Assembly: GCA_965644295.1 (NCBI GenBank)
Contig: CBFFRP010000009.1
Coordinates: 75,298-139,297 of the forward strand
DNA from: Paraphysomonas bandaiensis
Taxonomy: Eukaryota; Protista; Chrysophyceae
Length of the DNA: 64,000 nucleotides
Reading direction: 5' to 3'
In this document: positions 1 through 12,896 of the stretch, piece after piece
How positions within the stretch are numbered: the first letter of the stretch is position 1
Layout: every line of letters begins with the position of its first letter
Program-made: the position numbers and the translations under genes
The notes under the pieces: generated by a model
Database searches by the model: none
Seen by the model: the letters and a program-made list of their open reading frames with translations, nothing else
What the model was told of the DNA's origin: nothing

Positions 1-3000
1 AATATGGGTTGTTAGATCGGCTGTTTCAATCTCCAATTTACGTATCCTTGATGTCAAAGATGCAATGGTGTTATCTCTGTCAGCAATAGTATCACTCTTG
101 TTTTTTAAATCAGATGATGCTTTGCGAATCCAGGGAACAAGTGTATCAGTCATCGTAACACAGTTTTTCAACTGGAGTAAATTATCTGTGGGCTCAGTTG
201 CTTGGTGTTGCTCACCATCAAATGCAAGTTCAGCCACAGAAAAGATATCACTGCAGGCTGCATATAAATTCGAGATAAACTCTAGGGTACAGTCTTCGTT
301 ATGCTTCGCTACTGACAGCTGATCAGTCAGTTCTGCCACCGTTTGGCTGAGCAACGTGCATCGCACCTCTGATTTTTCATATTTCGTATCGGTCACGCGT
401 TTCGCATCCATTAATGCCGCGATTTCTTCGCGCATTTGACGCATTGTTTCGGCACTAGCTTCGATGTCATGAAGAAAGCGGGGATTCTCAACAATTTTAG
501 CTTCAAGCAATTTCTATGAACAAAATTATATGTCGCAAAATATAAGCAATTTTGATCACCATAGTTTCGCTTTTTTCAGCTTCAAGCTTCAAACGCTGTC
601 AAGACGCAAAATAAAAGATGCCAACGATACAATACTGAACTCACATGTTCTTCTAGAACCACGGCATACTTTCTCCTAGTAGCACTCCCACGAAAGGCTC
701 TCTGTAGTAATTGCACGGAAGATATCATCTTAGACTTTACCATACGTGACAGACAACCACGAATAATCTTCTGTGAATAAATCGTGGATTTCTTCATGTA
801 TTGGAACTTTTTGTGATGAATATGGCATCGGAAATTCGATTGGATTGTTGTTGCAGCGTTATTTTTAATACGTTTGACGAGTAGTCTATCCATATATCCT
901 CTATAACATGCTTTAAAGTGGGTGACTCCAGATATCACCCTCTTTCTTCGGCACACAGTCAGAAATACCCTTGACACTCGTTGCAACGTAATCCTTGCTG
1001 CTATTTCGTCTCTCACGATCCTCTTCTTATAATCAGAGAAATGCATCAATGCAGAAACAGCAGTATATTTAAATGTTTGTCCTAACGCCTCAGCAGACTT
1101 AGCTAAAACTCTCGCTCTCCATCTGCGCTGCAATCGTCGAGCAATCATGCTTACGCAGCACACATAAAGCCGCTCAAGATATTCGAATATAGTGGCACGT
1201 AAAAATATGCCCGTGCGCCCCAACTGAAGGCCACTGTAAACATCCACCTCAACAGGAATATCAACTTTATCAATAGTAGCCAAAACCGTTGCTGTTAAAC
1301 GAACAATATCAATAAGCTTCGCAGCAGCAGATCTCCAGTAAATCTCCAAACCGGTGTGTTGAGCACGAGCCATACATTCGTGAACATCCCTGGTTAGGTA
1401 GTTTTGCCCACAGGCACACAGGAATGCTGCGTAGCGCAATACAAAATATGAAAACTCCATTCGATTTTGAAATCCAGCACGAAACACTTCCACAGCCTCC
1501 AGGGCTCCTCCACAACGTAACTGCGATAAAACCATCTCATTATCACACACCACTGGCTCTAAATTCGTATTCGGTTTTATACATCGAATAAAATGAGACC
1601 TCGTTGAGCGAATTTTAGCAATCAGACCTTGCAGCTGTTTCGAGAACTGCGAGGCAACAGTGTTAACCTTTTTGCCTACACGTATACCCATTCCACTTGA
1701 GTTCTTCCTCTGAAGCGAGTAACTCGTGCTACGTCGGGAAGATGAGTTCGACCGCGACAATCGAGGAGATGGTTCTGCAGGGACGTCATCAAATGCGCCA
1801 CATATCCCAATCCCAAGGATTTTATTCAATGAACTACTTATACAGTCATTGATTTCTAGGGCAACTTCACTTCGGTTCTTATCCAAAAATCCCAATGTGC
1901 AATATTTGACGTTGCACGCAAAGTGATGAACTGTAAACTCCATACTTGATTGCTCTATTTTGCTCGCCGAAAAATGAGTTTTTACACAACACTTTGCGTA
2001 CAGCGTTTTCGCAAGTTTATCGTCCGTGGGTTTGGCAACTTTAAGTTGCTCGTCGCACAGCGCATATATTCCAGTTGTCTTGTGCTCAAACAGCTCAAGC
2101 CGCTCCGAGTTGTCCGGGTAGTCTACAAGAGTCCAACGCAATCCTTCTTCTATATACAGCTCCTGTTGGCTCTTAAATGTAGCATAGTTGAAATGATCTT
2201 GTAATTTCTCATTTGCGTAATTAATGCACAGCTGCTCAAACGAGTTTTTATCAAAGTATTCGAAGCCAAATATGTCTAGCACGCCAATGGATGACACGAT
2301 TTCATCATAGGAATCCGGACAGAGAGATTTGTTAATGCTCTGAATCATCCATTTGAATACGATATCGTACAGAGTCTTTGCCATAGAGTCTCTTGCACTT
2401 GCGGCATTTACTATGTTGAGTGCTTTCTCTATTTCACAGCCAGCGACGGAGAGGGTGCGCTTCGTTATGGCACTCACAAGTTTGGTCTCACTTATTCCCA
2501 ATAGAGAGCAAGTGTGATCTATAGAACTCCTAGAACTTTCAGATAAAACCGCGCCCTCCGATCCTAGTAGAGAAGATTCCTCGAATGATATATTACCAAG
2601 ATGAAGAATACCAGCTACGATTTCAAACGTCGACATCCGTTCTTCATCAGTTAATCCTATTTGAGATATTGCCTGCTCCAGTTTGCGGAAATTCTCCTCC
2701 TCACACACTCCATCATATCTGTCATACTCACCGGACTGGTTAGTATAACGAAAATCTTTTGGACTGCTAAGTCCCCATTGACTCTTTACATCATAAGACA
2801 GGCCAGCAAATGTCTCGTAAAACACATGATAGTTCCTCTCTCCTCTCATTTGGAATACCACACGGACATTTTCAAGGAGATAGGTTCGTATGGTCGCACC
2901 ATCAATGTAGCCATCGGGCACGTACAAGAGTTCAATTATTTTACCAAAACGGGAAGAGTTATTGTTTCGAGATGTCTTACCATTTCCAAAAGACTCAGTG

Positions 3001-3727
3001 ATAGGATTAGCAGCGGTGATAAGTGTCTCGAAATCATAACCAATGATTTCAACAGCTGTTTCCTTCAGCACTCGGGCTGATACTGCGGCCAGGTACTGCA
3101 GTACCTGCTTTGTTGCCTCCGTTTTACCTGCATTAAAAATTAAAGCAGGCGTCAACAACTGCAGGTGGAGAGGTCACCTGCTCCAGATTCCCCATTGACC
3201 AGTATGACCTGGTCTTCGCGTTTGTCAGGGTTAAATTTGTCAATTAACATTTTCCGATAGGCCGTGTCACTGAGTTGATATACATGTGGACCAAGCGCTT
3301 TCGATTCCATATGATCCGCTTCATAGTACTTATCGATGTGTTCTTTGCTATATATAGGAAGATGCTCAAAGGGATTCATGGCTACTAATATTGGCCCAAT
3401 ACCAGTGTATATACGCTTACTAGAAAATCTTTTAGTAATACAGTTCAACATCTCAGGCTCATTTAAATACAACAATGATGTCATATCTGCGACAGGTAGT
3501 GCAGTTTCTGAATCAGGATTCCGTCGTTTAATCACATCAAACTCTGTATAGGATCCGTCCACTGACAGTGCAGTGATCTCATATGATGTATTATTAAGGT
3601 CTCTTACAGTAAATACCCATGATCCATTCTCTATTTCCTCATGTTGGGTGATCAATCCAGCTTGCCATAGTCTATTAGGAGGGATAATAGCCCATACAGT
3701 AGCATGATGCCATATGTCCACAGACAT
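1..3727 (-). CDS. Myosin heavy chain (motor domain, several IQ motifs, coiled-coil); 3' end lies outside the window
   Basis: Removing the 50-nt intron 3128-3177 restores the P-loop GESGAGKT. Switch I NNNSSRFG, switch II DIFGFE and HFIRCIKPN are present, followed by IQ-like motifs (LQRRWRA, IQSNFRC, LQRAFRG). Two more short introns near 515-644 lead into an open coiled-coil frame running to position 1. Confidence 0.95.
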
Positions 3728-4142
3728 ATTCAGGACACAATAGAGAAGTAGTTAATGAATGAAACTGATCAATTTATCAGTAGATTGATTCCTTATAATG
3801 TGTTTGATATACCATATTGATACGATCTTACACTGTGCTGTGTGATAGCTACAGTATATGGCGGGTGTTATCTATACGAGGGATATGCATGTATTTAACA
3901 CACACGGCAGGTGATTCCAATGCCTGTTATGACGATCATAAAATATCAGATTTTTATATACAATACCACAGAAAATCTATGATTTATAGACTTTTGGTGA
4001 AAAGTCCTAATATTCTTTTTGGAATGTCGGTGTTTTTAGGATTGTGAGAGTGTCTATTACTGCAAATACTCCCACATACAGCAGACGCGTAGCTATCCCA
4101 TATATAGATATGCAGTACATTAAACATATATGAGATTATAAG

Positions 4143-5817
4143 ATGCTGTATAAAAGCACACGTGGAGGGGAACATGGACTCTCATTTGAACATGTTTTGT
4201 TCTCGGCTTATGCTAGAGATGGCGGGTTGTATGTACCTGAAACTATACCTGCTATCACACATGATATGCTGGTGAAGTGGAGGCACCATACGTTTCCTAT
4301 GATATGTGCTGAAGTGATGCATCTTTTCACTGATATATCAGTTGAGGCTCTCAATACTATGACAGTAAAGGCATACTCCTCTTTTAATGGGGGAGATGAT
4401 CCACTGCCTATGACGCAGATAGGTGACCTTATCCTTTTAGATGCATCATGTGGGCCTACTCTTGCTTTCAAAGATATTGGACAACAAATAGTTGCTCAAC
4501 TTCTTAATCATTTCTTGTCTTTACGGAAGTCAAAGGCCAGTATTATGGTCGATACCTCTGGTGTGTTGCCTTCTGTTATATGTGTTCGAGGCGTGATGTT
4601 GTCTTGTAGGAGATACCGGCCCTGCGGCTATTGCTGCAGTTCGTTCCTGTCCTAATCTAGAAATTACTGTACTTTACCCACACCAACGCGTCAGTGAAGT
4701 CCAAGAGCTGCAAATGATCACTGCTGTTGACAGCAACGTGCACGTATATCGCACCGAAGGAAACAATGATGATCAAAGCAGCGTTCTCAAGGAAATATTT
4801 GCTGATGAAGAGTTCGTAAAAAGCAACAATATTTGCAGTATTAATAGCATTAATTGGGCACGAATTGCTGCTCAATCTACCTATTATATTTACGCCTACT
4901 TACAGGTAAAATGTACTCGTCATGTATTAATACTACTGAGTTAATGTCGTTGGCTTCATTAGATCTACAACACAAGGTTTTCGATTGGACGGCCAGTGAA
5001 TTTTTGTATTCCAAGTGGGGCGTTTGGGAATGGTGCTGGAGGACTACTAGCGAAACTGATGGGTCTGCCAATAGGTGCATTCTTATCTGCTTGCGTACGG
5101 CTATGACTATAATTCTACACCAGTAGTTAATGCTATTTGTTGTTCAAAGTTATCCTTCATATATTGTAACTGGTCTGTTCAGGTCGAATCATATGCGCAA
5201 CTAATGCGAATGACATCGTTCATCGCACAATAACCACAGGAGATATGCGCATGGGTGCGAACCACCAAACGATATCTCCCGCAATGGATATACAGTTTGC
5301 ATACAACCTGGAGCGGCTGGTGTACTTTTGCTGTGGTGAGAGAAGTGATGTACTGAAGCCAATTATGAGCGAAGTTGATGCACAGTTCAGTTCTCTTCCC
5401 GGAGCCTGTGGTGTTATTCTTCCTGATGAGATTGTGAAAAATATTCAGAAAACGTTTTCCTCGTGTTCTGTTTCTGACAAGGACACGTTATGCACCATAC
5501 GTGAGGTATATGAGGCTTACGGCTATGCACTTTGTCCGCACTCAGCTATTGGGGTACATGCTGCCCAGCACCGGTTTTCCAACCTCTGCAGCGACCCAAT
5601 GGTTTGTGTGCTCACTGCTCACCCATCAAAATTCGAAACAGCGTTTCATGAGGCCACACATAATCCCCCTCCGCAGTTAGTGTCAAACCCTGTGCATATC
5701 CTCAAGACTCTACCACAGCACTTTGAATGGCTACGAAAAAATGACGATCCTGATTGGCGGAACGCGTGGATTCAAACTCTGAAGGAGGCAACCATTCGTA
5801 GAAGAGACGCTTGCTAA
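4143..5817 (+). CDS. THR4: Threonine synthase (PLP-dependent), 4 exons
   Basis: Motifs MLYKSTRG, DGGLYVP, PLP-lysine GPTLAFKD, TSG/DTG (joined by intron 4561-4609), NSINWARI, PSGAFGN, SPAMDIQ, CPHSA and TAHPSKF. Confidence 0.95.
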
Positions 5818-6014
5818 AGTGTGCAATCATGGTTAGAATTAGTCTGATATCGATATATATCAGTTTTTAATCCATGATATAATACAGACTTACCTTATGG
5901 GCACTATAACTTTTTTTCAGTGTTTGACATAGAATTTGTGATCGTTGTCCCTGTTGGCATCGTGCTTATATGCTGAAGCTCACCTCACATAACTTCATGT
6001 TGTATGTGGTTATC

Positions 6015-6189
6015 TCAATCATTTTCATACGATCTTATACAGTTAATGTATTTCAGTTTTACTACTCAACCACGTCAATAGTCCTTTTAATACTACTGTT
6101 AATCACTACTGTATTCTTCATGTAACAATCATAATTCAAATAGCTTAGAACTACAGCTTTTAATTGCTCTTGAACAGCAAAACTCAACA
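6015..6189. mobile_element. Diverged LTR relic related to the LTR of the copia element at 58493-64000
   Basis: Shares tacgatctta, tatttcagtttta, actactgtattctt and the terminus actacagcttttaattgctc...aacagcaaaactcaaca with LTR 58493-58812. Left boundary and TSD not resolved. Confidence 0.75.
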
Positions 6190-6570
6190 CACTGTACTCT
6201 TATTACTCTCAAAATCTTAAATACCTAAATATGCATATCGTTGTCATCATTCTGGAAGGCAGCTAGAAGCAGTTTCCCAATCGCAAATAGCTAGTTTCTA
6301 CATCCAGAAATAGGCATACAGAAATTGCTCTCTTACTCAACACAAAATCTCATTCGAAACTATACATTATACTATAGGCATATATACTGTGAACTAGATG
6401 GAGCTGATGTCTATATTTCGTTGACTACAGTGTGCAGGTGTCAAGGAGTATTTAGCCTATAGTCGCTAGAGGATTAAGTAAAGTTATCATTTATATATGT
6501 TACAAAATTTTACTTTAACTTCTGATCCCCATTACTGACAAATGCGCAAGTTGTATAATGTCATTTACAT

Positions 6571-7100
6571 TCACTTTCGTCTACCCTTCGATACAGCTGT
6601 CGCCTTTGTCGTATACATATTAATCAGTCTATCCATATCGCGATTGTGATTTATCGCATCCTCGATATCAGCACGAGTGGCTTGTACGGAACTATCTACT
6701 GTAATGTCTGCCTCACTATCCTCCGGATTTATTCTTGTACTTAATAAATAAGGCACTACAATATTATCGGCATCAATATCCATCACCTTATACCGAAACA
6801 CATACCTTCAGATGGGTGTTCAGTGGGCATTCTAGGCAACACATCCATCAGTTGAAACAGCGGGTCCATATCACTCCACATAAACTCTAGTTGTTTAAAG
6901 GCCAATGAGGTATGTGATAGAAGTAGTCCCCTAAATAATCATATTCATTATATCGTATATATATGTATGTATCAGGGTGTAGTTGTTTATTACCAGTCAG
7001 GGTTGGCATTAGAGACAACAGAGCCGTAAACACCTTGTTCCACTGTACTCCGCACCACATTAGTCGATGTATCAAATTTACGAAGTTTAGCGTCCTCCAT
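6571..7100 (-). CDS. MED8: Mediator subunit 8-like protein, 3 exons
   Basis: Spliced product MEDAKLRK...NPDW/GLLLSHTSLAFKQLEFMWSDMDPLFQLMDVLPRMPTEHPSE/VPYLLSTRINPE... follows the Med8 pattern PxW..LL.....QL....VLP....VP.LL.T..PE. Both introns are GT-AG. Family call is by recognition only. Confidence 0.6.
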
Positions 7101-7541
7101 GTTAGCAATGTACCTCTAATGACACTATGACTTATACATACATGCCATGCCATACCATGCATATGCTGCTCTGTTATATACACATACGTCCCATATACAG
7201 GAGTGTATATACCTGCTGCTGTATCCTGCTGTGCAAAACATAAAACCCGGGATTTTTACACTATACTGTGTACACACAGATGGAAATTGCAATATATTGG
7301 AACCGCGATATATCGCGAGTAGTCCTTATAGTGCATCTGCCCTCCTGTAACTGTTGTGTATATGTATATATAAACGATTACATTCTTCTATGCTCTGATT
7401 GCTAACAGCAATGGAAGAGATGTACATATCAACTCTCTTACACTGTCATTACCTCCCACTCATGCTACACATGTGTTATCTTCATCTTCACCATACCATC
7501 TAGATACTGTAGATTACCCTGATTATATATATACTCTACAG

Positions 7542-10165
7542 ATGTCCAGACCTGTCACTGGTAGAGGTCCATCTGAATCAATGTCTTCTCCTGTTGGATC
7601 AGATCGACCAGGATCACCATCTCCATTAGTAAGTAGAGCGAATTCTCGATCGAGGAAGCCTATTGTATTGGAAGATATAGGCGAGCTGACTGAAGAAGAG
7701 AAGCTCCGATCAATGCTAGGATATGTGGATCAATCTCAAAAGAATGTGTACATGAGAGAGGATTTCTGTGGTGCTTGTGGCATACAGCATCCGAACTATA
7801 GAGTACTCGATACGTATCCTTTGTGCGAGAGTTGCCATAACTGTCTAAGAGATCAGGCAGATCTGCGAAATCGATTCCAGGGAACCGTGCAGAGTGTCCC
7901 ACTAGAAATTTGTTTCGCAACATACGGTAAGACAGTAATGAATTTTTACTATTTGATAAGTTCTGTAGGCGATGTCAATAACAGCCGACTTGCATATGAA
8001 GTAACCGACACTCTTCAGGGCATCGTAAATGACTATGCCTGCAAAGACAGGCTCATTCTTCGCGAAATTCAGAAGCTTCATCTCATGTTTAACGGGGATC
8101 CAAGTCCTGACAAACCGAAACAACTAAGAGTTCGATACAGAATGAATGGGGTACATGGTATGATAACTATTGATGTCATGGCCAATAATCAGGTGTGTCA
8201 ATGTACATAAGTTATTGAATGAGAGTCCCATAATAGATGTACTTCCGTTGCATTTTATTTTACCCATTGTATGTTGAACATACTGTTATGCGATATATGT
8301 AGGTACCAGAGCCTATTATGCTAATGTGCTCTCCCACACGCGACCTCACCATTCTGAGAGGGGCATATGGCCATCCAAAGGGACGGACCTCCACAGGTCG
8401 CATGTCATACGATGTACGTAGTTTCGTTGCAGTCTTCGATTATGGTTTAATATGTAATCGCTTAGGTGCGAGAGAATCTACAAGGATTGGTTGACCTAAA
8501 CTACGGATCTTACCTATACATCAGTGCGATGATGCCCATATCTCTCAAGTTCGGGGACCCCTGCATAGTAAGAGAGGACTGCCTTATGATACGCCTTTGT
8601 ATTATAGTGTTCGTTAGGGTTACGTAAAAGATTTACAAATAGAGTTCGACATTAGCGGGAAGTTTGGTGCGTATGTTAGTGTGTTTGCGTTAAAATCCTG
8701 TAATCGGCTCAGCTGCTCTCAGAGAATTTTTGTGCATGATGTTATAGCGTTCTAGTGTGACTGCTCATTGTTGTTTGGGTAATGTAGGTCGTATAGAGAT
8801 TGGGGAAAACAGAGGATACTTAAAGAAAGACCTTTCGTTACGTACTTCTCCAGCTGTATCACCCCTCATATATGTCGGTAGGTCGACTGGTAGCTCTTTG
8901 TAGTTGAATGCTAGATATCACTGATGCGAGTGGCTTATTTTATCGACTTTATATATAGCGCACGCAACTTATGGTCTAACTGAAAACGGAATTAAAGTAA
9001 GGCTTTATGTATGTCAATTATCGTAGACCAATTACCGTTGTTTCAGGAGCGAATCCAAGAACTGAATAGATGGCTTCATCAAATTGAGATACTGGTGAAC
9101 AAGTAATAATACATAGTGTATCAGTATCTGTTTCATATGATGGAGTAGGAGAAAGATAGGACTTCCCATAAAAGTTAAAGATCGGCAATTTATTAAGAAG
9201 GAGCCCGATTTCAAGTAAGGATCAAATCTTGCAATTAGTTCCTAAGTATGTGTCGCTTTTAGGGCAGAGCGAGATCAGCTCTTACAAGCGGAGCCCTCTT
9301 CTATCGACATCACTGTGAAAGTGCAGCGTATGGTAGAGATGCAGGGAGGGCTAGAACTTGTAATTGACAAAGACGAGTTTGACGCCAATTTTACGTTCGG
9401 CAATCCTTGTAAGGTAGTACAGTTTGCACTTTCCGTATTTTTATCTTGGTTGGGTGATATAGATGTTTTTCAGGGAAGGAAGATGCTGGAAATCAGTGTC
9501 AAGTGTTATGGTCATGATAGTGAGATACGCACGGACAGCAGAGAGGTGAGATAAGTACTTATCACTTTGAGATGAATACTGAGCATGGGTAATCAGGTTA
9601 CGGCAAAAGGGTTTCAAAAGAACTTTATCCTGGGCAAAGCACACCGTTTCCTAGTACCTGTTCTTGATGACAAAGAAGGTGGAGTAAAATACTTGTGGTG
9701 TTGTGTGTAATTTGCACCCTATGCGGCAGGGCGTGGTATTTTGCAAAGCACAATTGAGTTTAGGACTAACAATGTGTTACCTTTAATGAATATTGAGCGG
9801 GCAATGTATGGGCACCCGAGAGATCATAGAAAGGTATACCCTGTTCGATACTTTTTTGCAGCACTAATTTTGTGTGATAGTGTTTTGACGTGACATCTAC
9901 GATACAAAATCTCGTCAAAGGACGAATGTTAGTCATTAGAAGGAGGTGTGTTACCAGCAAATATGCATTGCGTGTCTTAATCGTTGAAATCAGTGAAAAT
10001 CTGTTGAAGCTCTTTGGAGAACCATGCCATGGAGTATCCAAAGTCCTTCGTGTGGATTATTCTACACGGGGATTTACTGGAGCTCTACGAGTTAGAGAGA
10101 AAAATGACTGCCTTGTTGCAGCTGTAGAACTTGGGTTTCCGCCTGAAATACCAGAGGATGTTTAA
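7542..10165 (+). CDS. Multi-exon protein with an N-terminal CxxC..CxxC motif and four tandem DUF3395 (DNAJC11 C-terminal)/SUEL-lectin-like repeats
   Basis: Four copies of the pattern A.YG...(D/E)(V/I)(T/R)..(L/V/I)Q..V....L......G(D/N/E)P...K.L: GDPSPDKPKQL, GDPCIGYVKDL, GNPCKGRKML and GEPCHGVSKVL. CGAC...CESC lies near 7766-7836. Confidence 0.7.
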
Positions 10166-11044
10166 TCTTGTAAAGTTAGCATGTTATTGTAGAATATTGA
10201 GTTTCGAGCCATATAAGTGTTATTATTTCTATGGACCAGGACTGCGAACAATTAAGTGTCTACTACTTGACCCAGGTTGTAGTCAATTACTCACTGCCCC
10301 AATTAATTGAATTGTAATTAATCGCAATTTAATTTATACAGAACTACGACCCCATGTAGCTATACACTAGCTGACAGCATAGCTCGTTCAACGGTTACTT
10401 CATCCCAGGGTGGACGATATATTAAGTCGATTCTTTACCATCCGGGAAATTGATGTCTTGTTGTCACCTTGAATCTTCACGACTGTCTATATTCGAAGAA
10501 GTGCTATGAATAATAATGTTTGCCTTCTCGTGTTATATTCTATTAATACATATTAGGATTCATCTTAATATAAGATAGTGTGTGTGAGTTATGATGTTCA
10601 ATGAAATATATCACGAACTGAATTAATGATAGTATCTGTTCAAGATACATGATCGTCATCATAACGATCGTCATTATCAGTTACACTTCTAACTATTCCG
10701 TTGTACATGATAGTTATGTTCTATTTGACTATTCACTCTTTATCACTTCTTTACTGTGTTCATTACTTACACTCTAATAATCACAACATTGTTTTACTAA
10801 TAAGCTTAAATCTTATTTATCCACATTGAAAGAATATCAAGTCGTCCCGTAATTTCACCAGCATGACATGCTCCATTTCACTTTTGGAATTACATTTAAC
10901 ACAGCAGAACCCAACCCACATGATAGCAAGTGACAAGTGGTCAATCACTACAAATGTGGAGTCCCTCCCGCTGGTATCTTGTTTGACTACTGTGCATGAA
11001 AGGTCTTAAATGCGGAGCTCACTAACATTATTTCCCTCAATAAA

Positions 11045-11495
11045 GTTGGACTCGCACCTTTTCATGTGGTGTTCTGGAGGATAAGTACCGGAGATATATA
11101 TCCGGGAAACTGAAGTGAGCCACATACATAGCCAGCCTCATAGCCAAATGCTTATGTGGTACAAGAGACACTAATGTAAGTGTCACTTGTGTAGTAGACG
11201 TCTTTGTGCCATAATTATGTATAAACAGGTCTACCTCAAGGGTATCCGGGGTATTGAGATGCCTACTGCAGTTCACCTTCAGCCTTCAAGACTCAAATAT
11301 CTTACACTCAGCAGATGTCAGGTATATCAATATTCTGCTCTGAGGGATAGAGCAAAGGTGGTTGTGCCTTGGTGCTTGCAGTGACGTACGAGCAGCTTTT
11401 GTAGGATATCAGAGTTGAAGACATTGCAATAATGTTTGAATAAGTTCTGACTCGTACACGCCTATTGCTAATAATAAGAATATATTCACTACTAG
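11045..11495 (+). repeat. Dispersed non-coding repeat family A, copy 1
   Basis: ggtgttctggaggataagtaccggagatatatatccgggaaact...atagccaaatgcttatgtggtacaagagacactaat...cctattgctaataat...attcactac recurs at 11730-12350, 22085-22535 (-), 22720-23160, 49815-50272 (-) and as a fragment at ~54700-54736. Confidence 0.85.
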
Positions 11496-11729
11496 CATAT
11501 TTTAGAGTCCGCAATTGCCGGCATAAACTATCAAAGAACAGCCGTTCAGAGACTTCTGGCACACTACTAAAAGCTAATCGCTCTTATTGTGGAAACCATT
11601 TCGATGTTGAAAATGATTATTAACTACCATGAATGATTGAGTATGCTTCAGACTTTCAGTTAGACGTCTCAATTAAACTATTTTGAGAAGCCAGCAGAAA
11701 AATTGTATAATTAGTCTCTCAGTTTTATA

Positions 11730-12350
11730 TAACAAAGTCGGAGTCGTACCTTTTTATGGTGTTCTGGAGGATAAGTACCGGAGATATATATCCGGGAAAC
11801 TAACGTGAGTCGCATACATAGTCAGCAGATTATTTTCTGCCCACTCATAGCCAAATGCTTATGTGGTACAAGAGACACTAATATAAGTGTCACTTGTGTA
11901 GTAGACGTCTTTGTGCCATAATTATGAATAAACAGGCACCTCAAGAACATCCGGGGTATTGAGATGCCTGCTGAAGTCAAGCATCCGGGCTAGTTGCTAG
12001 TTCATCATAAGTCGGTGTGATCGTGAAACCTAGTAAACTAATATAAAATTTATTAAATGTTTCTAAAAACACGTCCTCTTTACACCTACTACATTACTTA
12101 TTGCAAAACACATCAAAAACACAACTTAAATCGACACTTTTAAAATTTCACCAGGTTTAGAGCGTTTCTCCAGAATTGTTCATCACATCAACTTCATAAG
12201 GACAGAGAGCGGAAGTGGTTGCACCTTTCGTAGCGCTAAATAGAAGGATATCAGAGTTAAGCACTAGTTAGTTAAAGTGATTAATTGCTACATGAGTTCT
12301 AACTTGTACACACGTACACACCTATTGCTGATAATGAGACATTCACTTCT
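11730..12350 (+). repeat. Dispersed repeat family A, copy 2
   Basis: Direct near-identity to 11045-11260 over ~200 bp, and shared 3' motifs (gatatcagagtt, cctattgctgataat, cattcact). Confidence 0.85.
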
Positions 12351-12896
12351 ACATATGTGAACACATGTTAGTGATCCTATAAAAATATACGCTTCAATCA
12401 ATTACAATTTCAACTATGATTTGCGGTCCCAATTTCAATTGTTGCAATTAATTGATACACAGTCCTCCATTAGATTTAACCAGTATCGAATATGTTCATC
12501 ACTCGTTGGGCTACAACTAGACATCCTAGTATCACAGCAGAAAGCAACATTTGTGTGGTAAATTTCACGTACACCACTCAATGGCAAGGCGCAATATTTT
12601 TGGAAAGAAATAACACAGTATAATTGGTATTTATATTGTTATTTACCACACGAATGTGTGACATATCGTGCGGTTGGGTCAACATGTAGCTGGTCTATCA
12701 ATGTAGTATCTACAGCAGGGACAGTGGACAATTCCACTTGTACTGCTTATAAGAAACTGTATACACTGACAGTATAGGGCTCTATCCATTCAACATCCAT
12801 ATAAGAAAATCGACAGTAGGCTACTGAACTAAATATCTTTACAAAATCGCAAGAAACAACTCCTGTGAATCTTGCATTCGTGACCGAGTGATTATA

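Noticed and set aside
65-3551. Plus-strand ORFs over myosin, and similar antisense ORFs over other genes
   Set aside because: Shadow ORFs antisense to well-supported coding exons.
10500-10830. Possible additional solo LTRs here and at ~34325-34775
   Set aside because: AT-rich with TG/CA candidates, but no TSD or second copy in the window.
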